From positions 1-36,725 of the IMG/VR virus record IMGVR_UViG_3300032676_001346: 36,725 nt of DNA; one strand, written 5' to 3'. The notes under the pieces were generated by a model. It was not told where the DNA came from. It was given only the letters and a program-made list of their open reading frames with translations, and did not search any database. The translations under genes were made by a program, and so were the position numbers. Positions 23,760 to 31,094 of this stretch are shown piece by piece (the stretch's first letter is position 1; each line of letters opens with the position of its first letter). This DNA is from a virus.

Positions 23760-23775
23760 CTGCCGCATTGGGCGG
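23760..23775 (-). repeat. 16-nt motif, inverted copy (CTGCCGCATTGGGCGG; reverse complement CCGCCCAATGCGGCAG)
   Basis: Intergenic, 36 nt after the giant gene's stop and 13 nt before GTG 23788. Its reverse complement matches copies 1 and 2 at 15 of 16 positions. Confidence 0.55.
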
Positions 23776-23787
23776 TAAAGTGACGGC

Positions 23788-23997
23788 GTGAAACAAGCGT
23801 TGCAGGATGGCGGAAGGGCATTCCCGGTCACTGGTGGATGCGGCGGAGACCGCGGCATGACTCTCCGAGACTGGTTCGCTGGCATGGCCATTTCCGGAAT
23901 TCTTTCCGATCCGAACGTTACAAGCCCAAGAGACGCTGTTGAAACTGCTTTCGCCGTTGCCGACATGATGATTAAAACAAGGACTTCCGATGAGTGA
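23788..23997 (+). CDS. small conserved phage protein with GMTLRDWFAGMA motif (69 aa from GTG; 46 aa from ATG 23857)
   Basis: The G-M-T-L-R-D-(Y/W)-F-A-x-x-A motif recurs in many small hypothetical phage proteins (recalled from memory). The track start is GTG. Confidence 0.5.
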   Translation: MKQALQDGGRAFPVTGGCGGDRGMTLRDWFAGMAISGILSDPNVTSPRDAVETAFAVADMMIKTRTSDE

Positions 23998-24505
23998 ACC
24001 ACGCGACCCAAACGCTCCCGACTTCTCGACGCTTCTACGTCTCCGGGCCAGCCTGCCCGGCATGGTCAAGGGCATCCAGCAGGGGAAGATCGGCGGCGCC
24101 AAGGCCAAGGGTATGCCCACGGTGCGGGTGCCCCGAACCTTCTGTTTGCTTTGCGACGCCGTGTTCAACTGGACCTACGCCAAGAAAGGCCAGTACCAGA
24201 GCATTGCCGAGGGCTTCTGTGAGAAGTGCGAGAAGAAGCTCAAGGACCATATCGCCGTAAAGGACGACGAGGGGCGGTGCGTGTTCGTGAAGATCACCGA
24301 TGAGTTGCGCGAGACCCTTCACGACATCACCGACGGCAAGGCCGACGGAGTAACCGGCCGGGTCGTGCTCGAACTGGACAAGACCCGGTTCCAGATGATC
24401 CTCGCCGCGCACGCCTTCGAGCTTCCCGAATTGCCCAACAACAACCCGCCTCCCGATGAACCAGCCAATCCCCAGCCCGGCGCCGCCGGCCCCGCGCTCA
24501 ATTAA
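23990..24505 (+). CDS. hypothetical protein with CxxC...CxxC zinc-ribbon-like pair (171 aa)
   Basis: ATG start overlapping the previous gene by 8 nt. Contains FCLLCDAVF...FCEKCEKKL and a Pro/Asn-rich tail. Confidence 0.55.
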   Translation: MSEPRDPNAPDFSTLLRLRASLPGMVKGIQQGKIGGAKAKGMPTVRVPRTFCLLCDAVFNWTYAKKGQYQSIAEGFCEKCEKKLKDHIAVKDDEGRCVFVKITDELRETLHDITDGKADGVTGRVVLELDKTRFQMILAAHAFELPELPNNNPPPDEPANPQPGAAGPALN

Positions 24506-24533
24506 GCAGTTCACCGCTGCGGATTACCGCGGC

Positions 24534-24776
24534 ATGAAGGCGTTGCCCTGCCCGATCTGTAAAACGGATAGGTGGTCTGGCTTAAGGACTGCCATCATCA
24601 GGCAAGGATGCTGCCAAATGAAACAGTATCATTGGCTTTACTGCTCTGGCTGCGGTCTAAACGCTCCGCCCTCTCCAAACAGTTGGGCTGTCACGGCCCT
24701 GTGGAACGACCTCTGCCAACGCATCCTCACCATGAACCCCGAGGCCCATTATGAACCCCCTTCTGCAACACCTTGA
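24534..24776 (+). CDS. Lar-like (restriction-alleviation family) zinc-ribbon protein, ~80 aa
   Basis: MKALPCPICKTDRW...YHWLYCSGCGLNAPPSPNSWAVTALWNDL fits the Lar-family pattern M-x-LxPCPFCG...C-x-x-CG...A-x-x-x-WN. An upstream ATG at 24456 would overlap the previous gene by 50 nt. Locally lower GC. Confidence 0.45.
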   Translation: MKALPCPICKTDRWSGLRTAIIRQGCCQMKQYHWLYCSGCGLNAPPSPNSWAVTALWNDLCQRILTMNPEAHYEPPSATP

Positions 24777-25107
24777 CCGCCTGCCCCCGTTGCTGGTGTA
24801 CGCCATCGCCCTGGGCAGCGGCAAGACCTACGCAGGACTCGGGGAAGCCTCGGGCCTGCCCATGCGGACGTTCACCAAGATCGCCAAGTGCCAGTCCTGG
24901 GGCACCGACAATGCCGTGATGCAGATTTCCGTCGCTCAGATGGGGTCCTTCTGCGCGGCGTGCGAAGTGGACATAATCGATCAGCGCAAGGCGCTCCGGC
25001 AGTTGAGAGACCCCAAGTTTTGGGCCAAAGCCAAAGCCACGCTAAAGCCCGTCCAGGTGGAACGGTTCATGCGGGGAATGGCGGAGTTGAAGGCACAGCA
25101 ATCATGA
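24751..25107 (+). CDS. putative helix-turn-helix DNA-binding protein (118 aa)
   Basis: KTYAGLGEASGLPMRTFTKIAK looks like an HTH. ATG start. ATGA overlap with the next gene. Confidence 0.5.
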   Translation: MNPLLQHLDRLPPLLVYAIALGSGKTYAGLGEASGLPMRTFTKIAKCQSWGTDNAVMQISVAQMGSFCAACEVDIIDQRKALRQLRDPKFWAKAKATLKPVQVERFMRGMAELKAQQS

Positions 25108-25301
25108 AAACCATAAGCGGAGCAGTTTACGTCGGTAAATGTAAGAATTGTGGCAAGGTATGGGAGTCTCAGTTTCTTACCAGGATGCGGGACGGCCTAG
25201 GTGTGATGCCACCACATGTAATCAAAGCGGGATGTACCTGTGGATGCACCCCCCCCCCAGAACAGGTTGATTTGATCTACTTCCGAGAAATCGGTGGCTA
25301 A
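25104..25301 (+). CDS. 65-aa Cys-rich zinc-ribbon protein
   Basis: The ATG at 25104 overlaps the upstream stop (ATGA). Sequence MKTISGAVYVGKCKNCGKVWESQF...KAGCTCGCTPPP. The longer track ORF (from 24888) is an out-of-frame extension over the previous gene. Low GC. Confidence 0.45.
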   Translation: MKTISGAVYVGKCKNCGKVWESQFLTRMRDGLGVMPPHVIKAGCTCGCTPPPEQVDLIYFREIGG

Positions 25302-27229
25302 GGTTTGGCCAAGGGCTGAATTTCGAAAGCGACCATGTTGAAGCACACGTCCGCGTACGAGTTGTTCCCGGTCGGCACTATCCCCACTTCAAAGTAGAGC
25401 ATCCTCCCGGTCTGAAACACAGGGTAGTCGTTGGCTCTCGACGGCCTGAATCCCCCCGCCTTCAACTGCGCCATCGTCTGGGCGTTCGCACACGCCAGCG
25501 GTTTCGTCGAAATCTCCCCCCAGGCCACCGCGCACACGTTTGAACCCGCCCCGGCCATGTCACCCGGCCCGGTGAGCAGCGAGCCTTCCAGGGGGTCTTG
25601 GAGCGAGTAGGTGTTGCCGATCCTGACCGTCAGCCCGGCGGGGTGAGCCTCAGGTGTCACGTCCGCTTCAATGTGGGTAAGCCGGATGATCTTGTCCCTG
25701 TCCGTGAGGCCCGTGGGGATAAGCCCGCGCAGCACGGAGTTGTAGGGCATCAGTACCGGCACGGTCGCCAGGTCCAAGTCATCGGTGATGTCCCCGGTGA
25801 TGACGTAGGTCGACCGCACGAAGATCCCCCCGATCGTCTTGAGCGCGTAATCGTCCGTGGAGCACCCGACGAAAAGCTGGTCCTGATTGCACTGCTGGCC
25901 GGACACCGGGGTACGCCGGAAGTTGAACAGGACGGAGTAACCCATGTCGATCATGTCCGCCGTTTTCTGGTCAAGCTGTGCGACCATCGTGTAATTGTTG
26001 TGGCCGTATGGGTTGGTGATTGGGTCGGTGTGGGGCCACGACCACCACAATTCCCGCGAGTTGGGCACCCAGGCCCCCACCGGCCCGTTGCAAATGGTCT
26101 CGTCGATCTGGATGTTGGCCGATGATTTGTAGATGTAGCCGCTGGCCTTGTACAGCCAGTCCTCGGACTCGGGCACCAGCACATAGGGGTTCCAGTGGTA
26201 CGGCGCTTCCCGGCCGAGCCAGTAGAGGTCCAGCCCCGTGGAAATGAGCGACCGGGGATAGGCCAGGCAGCCGGTCTGCTGCATCGGCTCCGAGTAAATC
26301 TTCTGGAATGAGAACACGGCGGCGGGGTCTGCGGTGTTGCCGACGCTCATTCTCCAAATCGCCCGTTGGGTGAAGATGTACACGTTGCCGAGAAGCTGGA
26401 TCGCGGCGAGGATGGGGTCTCCGGCGTCGAGGTCCTGGTATCCAGCCACGGAGTTTTGAGACGTGTAGGGGTTGTAGGCCCCCCAGGCATCCGGTTGCGG
26501 GCTGTTCATATCCCCCCACCCGACGCGGGCAGGGAACGAACCCTGGTCGTCGTCGGTCAGGTTCATCAGCAAGATGAATCCCGAGAAGGAAATCACTACC
26601 TGGGCGGTGAGCAGGTTGCTCCCGATGGTCAGGTTGAGCATCCCGCCGGACACGAAGCTCCCGCTCGAACTGGACAGGCCGCCCGGCTGGTACGCTGGAA
26701 GCGGGTTGCCCGGAGTCCAGGTTGTCCCGCTGGCGTCCGCATAGACCGGGCGCTTCACCCCGTTGGTGAACACCACGATGTCTTGGGAGGCGGCAGCCCG
26801 CCAGTAAGCCCCGGTGGCGCCGTAGCCAGACATGACCGTTTCCCAGGTCCCCGCCGCGCCGGCAATGACGGTTCCGGGGTGCGGGCCGTCGTTGAGGATG
26901 AACAGGCTGTCCTGCGTCCCGGCGAACAGATAGCGCACGCCGTTCGACCGGGTGAACTCGAATCCGAAGTTGATCGGCTCGCGGGTGATGCCCTGGTGGT
27001 GGAGATCGAAGTTGGCCGGGTCCGCCAACAGGTCAGCGAACGTGTCGTTGATGGATGCGTGGCCCCCGCGACGGCAGAGCTTCCCGTCGCGGGACATGGA
27101 CATGTTGAGCTTGTGGCGGAAAGCCCCGGCGGCGATGTCGGCGGGGCGGGAGCGGCTGTCGAGGCCACCGCTGAGGGGATGGATCTGAACCTGTGAAAAC
27201 GGGTTGGCGCTGCTGGGTCTTTTAGCCAT
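25298..27229 (-). CDS. virion beta-propeller protein, T7 gp12 (tail tubular B / nozzle)-like candidate (643 aa)
   Basis: ATG start. The N-terminus QIHPLSGGLDSRSRPADI...HKLNMSMSRDGKLCRRGG parallels the gp12 N-terminal pattern LKGGISQQPDI...N.....GL.KRP (recalled from memory). Repeated blade-like segments are present (FAGTQDSLFILNDG, VVFTNGVKRPVY, GNVYIFTQRAIWRM, DLYWLGREAPYHW). The CDS is confident, the function is tentative. Confidence 0.55.
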   Translation of the reverse strand: MAKRPSSANPFSQVQIHPLSGGLDSRSRPADIAAGAFRHKLNMSMSRDGKLCRRGGHASINDTFADLLADPANFDLHHQGITREPINFGFEFTRSNGVRYLFAGTQDSLFILNDGPHPGTVIAGAAGTWETVMSGYGATGAYWRAAASQDIVVFTNGVKRPVYADASGTTWTPGNPLPAYQPGGLSSSSGSFVSGGMLNLTIGSNLLTAQVVISFSGFILLMNLTDDDQGSFPARVGWGDMNSPQPDAWGAYNPYTSQNSVAGYQDLDAGDPILAAIQLLGNVYIFTQRAIWRMSVGNTADPAAVFSFQKIYSEPMQQTGCLAYPRSLISTGLDLYWLGREAPYHWNPYVLVPESEDWLYKASGYIYKSSANIQIDETICNGPVGAWVPNSRELWWSWPHTDPITNPYGHNNYTMVAQLDQKTADMIDMGYSVLFNFRRTPVSGQQCNQDQLFVGCSTDDYALKTIGGIFVRSTYVITGDITDDLDLATVPVLMPYNSVLRGLIPTGLTDRDKIIRLTHIEADVTPEAHPAGLTVRIGNTYSLQDPLEGSLLTGPGDMAGAGSNVCAVAWGEISTKPLACANAQTMAQLKAGGFRPSRANDYPVFQTGRMLYFEVGIVPTGNNSYADVCFNMVAFEIQPLAKP

Positions 27230-27255
27230 ACCCCATAAGTGTAACAGGGCGGGGG

Positions 27256-27294
27256 AGAAAAGAAAGCCCCGGACGGGTAAGTTCCGTCCGGGGC
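27256..27294 (-). terminator. intrinsic terminator (minus strand) between the coiled-coil gene and the nozzle-like gene
   Basis: GCCCCGGACGG (27266-27276) pairs with CCGTCCGGGGC (27284-27294) as a perfect 11-bp GC-rich stem with a 7-nt loop. On the minus strand it is followed by TTTCTTTTCTC (complement of 27255-27265). Confidence 0.75.
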
Positions 27295-27320
27295 GGTGTG
27301 ACCGCGACCAAAATCAAGGG

Positions 27321-28163
27321 CTAAAACGGTGGGACGCCGCCCCACCGGAGCGCCGTCAGCGGATGGGGTGCCGGGTTGCCGTGATGCCCGATGGGGTCGC
27401 CGCCGCACGTGGTCGGCTCGGGGCGTGGGGGGCGGTTTTCTTTCACCGGCTGTTGGCAGTGGGCTTCATAGTCGGACACAGGTCCGGTATAGTTTGGTCC
27501 GAACAATCCGGGCATCGGAGGGTTTAGGGCATCCCTCGCTAACTGCATGGATCGGTTGTGGTGAACGTCGCCCAGGTTGTTCACCCGGATGTAGTCGCAG
27601 GTCTCGGAGTAAAGGAGTTGCAGTGCTTCCCGAAGCTTCCTGGAAATGTGGGCTTCCTCCCCGGCGGCCTTGATCCATGAATCTCGCTCGCCCCGGAGCT
27701 TGTTCATCTCGGCCAAGTGCTGCTGCTCCATCCTGATTTTGATGTCGAGTTGCTGCCGCAGAGTCTTGATGTCGGCCTGGAACTGGACGTTTGCCAGCCG
27801 GGTGGATTCCTCCCGTCGCCACACCGCCGCTTCCGAATTCGCCATCTCTGTGTTCGCGGACTCAAGCTCCCGGACCTTCCGGGAAAGGCGGTCGGACTCG
27901 GCCTTTTCTTTACCGAGTTTGATGGAAAGGTCGGCCACATTCCCGCAAAGGCCCCTGATGTTCGCTCGTAGGCCATTGGTATCGGCCTTCTCCCGTTGCT
28001 CCGGGGCGGGTTCTGTCTTACTGCAACAACACTCTCGTCCAAGGCGAGTGGGTGCGCTGTGCGCGTTAATCCATTCCTCCAGGACCGTCTTGCCGATCAC
28101 CCGCGCCAGCCGTTCCTCAAATCCGGGAGCCGCCGGGCCGGGGTCTTTTTGGGCTTTGTCCAT
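27321..28163 (-). CDS. coiled-coil protein (280 aa), function unknown
   Basis: ATG start. The central ~150 aa have heptad-like charged helices (KLGKEKAESDRLSRKVRELESANTEMANSEAAVWRREE...QQLDIKIRMEQQHLAEMNKLRGERD). Contains a CCC cluster (GRECCCSK) and a Pro-rich C-terminus. Confidence 0.6.
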   Translation of the reverse strand: MDKAQKDPGPAAPGFEERLARVIGKTVLEEWINAHSAPTRLGRECCCSKTEPAPEQREKADTNGLRANIRGLCGNVADLSIKLGKEKAESDRLSRKVRELESANTEMANSEAAVWRREESTRLANVQFQADIKTLRQQLDIKIRMEQQHLAEMNKLRGERDSWIKAAGEEAHISRKLREALQLLYSETCDYIRVNNLGDVHHNRSMQLARDALNPPMPGLFGPNYTGPVSDYEAHCQQPVKENRPPRPEPTTCGGDPIGHHGNPAPHPLTALRWGGVPPF

Positions 28164-28166
28164 AAT

Positions 28167-28508
28167 CTACACTTTCAATGGTGAGTCCGTCCACGTATAA
28201 ACGGCTTCCTCAGTTTGTGGTTGTGGTTTCTCAATCGAAGGCAATTCATCGAGCGGGCGGAACCGCTCCGGTTTGAAGCCGCGCTCCACGCCGGGGCGGC
28301 CAACGGCATCCGGGTTCCTCAATCCGACCAGCAGCACGCGGCCGGTGCCCACGCTCTGCCCGTTGCGCTGGTAAGGCTCCTGGCCGATGAGCAGGTCGCG
28401 GATGACGTAAACCTTCCCCTTGACCGGCAGAGTCGTGTACAGGGCCGCTATGGGCGGATCAAAGGTATCGTCAACGCATGCGACGTGCTGGCCAACGGTA
28501 AAGCTCAT
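28167..28508 (-). CDS. hypothetical protein (113 aa)
   Basis: The ATG at 28508 overlaps the GT2 stop (ATGA). Sequence MSFTVGQHVACVDDTFDPPIAALYTTLPVKGKVYVIRDLLIGQ... looks like a small beta-barrel. The longer track ORF (to 28841) is an out-of-frame extension over the GT2 gene. Confidence 0.5.
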   Translation of the reverse strand: MSFTVGQHVACVDDTFDPPIAALYTTLPVKGKVYVIRDLLIGQEPYQRNGQSVGTGRVLLVGLRNPDAVGRPGVERGFKPERFRPLDELPSIEKPQPQTEEAVYTWTDSPLKV

Positions 28509-29470
28509 AACGGCAACCCGAATTTCCCGCAGAACCACGCCATGTCCCGCTTGAACCGCTTCCGGTTCTCCGCCCTCGTGGTCTCGATGGTGTGAAGGTG
28601 GTTCCTCAACAGGATCATTAGGCGGTTCTGAATGTCGGCGGTGGTGTGCGCCCACAGCAGCCGCTCGTACTTCTCCGAAACGGTGTCCGGGAAAAGCAGG
28701 GTCTTGATCCCGAACAGCTTGTTCCACACCGGCCAGTGAGGATCGATCCCGAACTGCTGCCACATCGGCACCTTCCCGGAGTTGAACTTGTGCCCGATCC
28801 TCACGTTCCTCATGAACCGAACGTCGCCCCCGGATAGCCACGCGGACAGGGAAAGGCTTAGCTCGTCACAACCCCAAGCTCGGAGGTTCTTCAACGGCGC
28901 CAGTTCCAAATACCACAGCCTCGGCATGAAGTAGCAAGCGCCCATGATGGCCGGAAGTTCGCAGTCATCTACCTTCGGTTCCGTCCGGCCATTCTTGAGA
29001 TGCCACACCACTTCGAGCACCTGCATCGCCCCCCGGCCTCCGAGGTCCGGCCCGAACATGTTGATCGTGGCCCCTTCGTAAACGGCCTGGGGCTGGAGTG
29101 GGTCCATGTGCCGTTCGTCCAGCCCGAGGCAGGTAGCGCAATGGAGGGTGTGCGGACGGCCTTCAACGCGCCGCATGGCGTTCTCGTACCAGCCCTCGGT
29201 GAAGCGCATGTGGCTGTCCACAAAGAGCAGCACGTCGCTCGAGGCGTTTACCGCCCCGATGTGCCGCGATGCCCCCACGCCAATCCTGGCGCGGTTGGTG
29301 ACGAGGGTGATGCCGTCAAGGTGGGTGAGATACCTCTCAACCGAGGTATCGGAGAGGTCGTCCACCACGACGATTTCAGGATGGAACCCCGCCGTCGCCC
29401 GGATGCTCCTGACAGTGGCGATAAGCTCCTGCGTGTCGTTGTGGGTGGGGATGACGATGGAGAGGGTCAT
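28505..29470 (-). CDS. family-2-type (GT-A) glycosyltransferase (321 aa)
   Basis: MTLSIVIPTHNDTQELIATVRSI...EIVVVDDLSD...LLFVDSHMRF has the classic GT2 N-terminal signature, an acidic DD(x)D motif and a D-x-H motif, as in GalNAc-transferase-like GT-A enzymes. Confidence 0.8.
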   Translation of the reverse strand: MTLSIVIPTHNDTQELIATVRSIRATAGFHPEIVVVDDLSDTSVERYLTHLDGITLVTNRARIGVGASRHIGAVNASSDVLLFVDSHMRFTEGWYENAMRRVEGRPHTLHCATCLGLDERHMDPLQPQAVYEGATINMFGPDLGGRGAMQVLEVVWHLKNGRTEPKVDDCELPAIMGACYFMPRLWYLELAPLKNLRAWGCDELSLSLSAWLSGGDVRFMRNVRIGHKFNSGKVPMWQQFGIDPHWPVWNKLFGIKTLLFPDTVSEKYERLLWAHTTADIQNRLMILLRNHLHTIETTRAENRKRFKRDMAWFCGKFGLPL

Positions 29471-29757
29471 TTCGTTTCGTTCTGTTTTGATGCCATGTAA
29501 TCCGCTGTCTTCGGGTCAACGGCGGCGATTTCATCAAGGGTTATCCCCAAGTCAATCAGAAGACGATCCCCGCACTGCCTGAATATGGAAGGATCGAAAG
29601 ACCGTCTAAGGTCGTTTTGCTGAATCAGCCGGCCTAGCCCACGTAGAAAGTTCACGCAAGCTTTTACTTGGATGATCTTGGCCTCTTTGATTCGGGCGTC
29701 CGTCTCCTTCGGGGTAAGCCTGGACTTGAATTCTTCTTCTGTCAGTAGGTATTTCAT
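29467..29757 (-). CDS. hypothetical protein (96 aa), lower GC
   Basis: ATG start. ATGA overlaps at both ends (29754-57 and 29467-70). Helical, charged composition. Confidence 0.5.
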   Translation of the reverse strand: MKYLLTEEEFKSRLTPKETDARIKEAKIIQVKACVNFLRGLGRLIQQNDLRRSFDPSIFRQCGDRLLIDLGITLDEIAAVDPKTADYMASKQNETK

Positions 29758-29981
29758 TGGACTTGGAATGGGGATACGGGCGTAGTGGCTGCGCTGAACG
29801 TAGCCAGCATATTCAACCTGTCCATGCTAACCTCACCTGACAAGATAGCCGCGCAAACGAGATGCCGAATGGCTCCTTCAAGTTCGTCGGCGCGGAGCAT
29901 GGGTTTACCTTCAAACCTCTTACTGTGCAGTATCTCGATTGCGGCAGCGTCGTGGGCCTCGATGAGTTCTTTATCGGTCAT
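29754..29981 (-). CDS. hypothetical protein (75 aa)
   Basis: ATG start, ATGA overlap with the downstream gene, helical composition. Confidence 0.5.
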   Translation of the reverse strand: MTDKELIEAHDAAAIEILHSKRFEGKPMLRADELEGAIRHLVCAAILSGEVSMDRLNMLATFSAATTPVSPFQVQ

Positions 29982-30314
29982 AGTTCAAAGCTCTCCAGCC
30001 CGCGCAATATATCCCCCAAAGGCCAGGTCACCAGTCAGATAGTGGGCCTTACTAGAATGGGGTTTAGAAAGATCAGTTCGCGGGCTGGAAATCATAAAAT
30101 CAGTTGCAGCCGAAAGCCCAACAGAAGGCTTTCCCTTTGAATCCCACTTGGTAGATCATGCTATGGAATGGCATATACCGATCCTCCAATCCAGATACCT
30201 GCATGATCATCATGGACGGTAGGACTTTGACTTAGGACTCCCCCTCCTTCATGGGGATTACCGGAGTGCCTTCCGCCTTGGCTTCATCGAATACCTTTTG
30301 CGTGATGGGGTCCA

Positions 30315-31094
30315 TTACGCCGTCCTCCCCTTGGGCCTCACGTCGGCCAGCGCCCCGCCCCATCCGTTAAGTTCGGCGGTCCACTGCCCGTGCCATCCGA
30401 ACTGCCCGGAGTAGGGAAGATTCTCGCAACTGAACCGGGCGGCGATTTTCTCCGGCGCGAACTTGATCCCGTGTTCCTTTTCGAGCCACGATCGCCACGT
30501 CCGGCATGGGTGCATGTCCGAGGAAATCTGTCCGGCTTTGACCATCGGGTCGTCCTTGAAGTGCGCCAGGGCGTCGGCGGTGCCACAGCAATACTTCACG
30601 CTGCGGAGTGAGAACCCGCCGTTGCCTACGTTGTTGGTCTCCCCGTCGCACGCCGGCCAGCCCGGTTCGTGGTGCGGCGGCCAAGGAGATCCGATGTAGT
30701 CGTAGCTCATCCAGATGTCGCCCCAGATGTGGCCGGTAACGCCGTCCCGTTCCTGCCACGCCCACGGGTTGGCTATTCCCGAGTCCCATTCCATGAACAG
30801 GACGTGGCTGGTCTTGACGCCGTTGCCATGGCGCCCCGGCTCAACCAGCGCGGCGAACTCGTAATCCACCGGCAGGGGGTAATGGTCCGCACGGGGGCAC
30901 TTCACCTTCCGGTCACTCTCGGTGTGATGCACGGTGCGGATGTTGGACGCGCCGATGCGCCAACGCTGCGTGTCGGTCAGGAGGACCGCCTCCGCGAACT
31001 CAACGTGACGCATGGCGTCCCGCATGGCCCGCAGCGTCCGGTCAGGGTGAACTGTGTCTATGGCGAACAGGGTTACTTGGGGCAGATGGATCAT
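30315..31094 (-). CDS. DUF5672-like putative glycosyltransferase (~259 aa)
   Basis: VTLFAIDTVHPDRTL..., YIGSPWPP... and VGNGGFSLRSVKY match my recollection of DUF5672 (IGAPW / GNGGFSLR). The ATG at 31094 forms an ATGA overlap with the upstream stop. An alternative ATG lies at 31118. Confidence 0.6.
   Translation of the reverse strand: MIHLPQVTLFAIDTVHPDRTLRAMRDAMRHVEFAEAVLLTDTQRWRIGASNIRTVHHTESDRKVKCPRADHYPLPVDYEFAALVEPGRHGNGVKTSHVLFMEWDSGIANPWAWQERDGVTGHIWGDIWMSYDYIGSPWPPHHEPGWPACDGETNNVGNGGFSLRSVKYCCGTADALAHFKDDPMVKAGQISSDMHPCRTWRSWLEKEHGIKFAPEKIAARFSCENLPYSGQFGWHGQWTAELNGWGGALADVRPKGRTA

Noticed and set aside
28509-28841. N-terminal extension of the 113-aa gene (224-aa track ORF), and the similar extension 24888-25103 of the 65-aa zinc-ribbon gene
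   Set aside because: Both extensions overlap the preceding, well-supported gene in another frame and are Arg/His/Gly-rich. In each case an internal ATG forms an ATGA overlap with the upstream stop.
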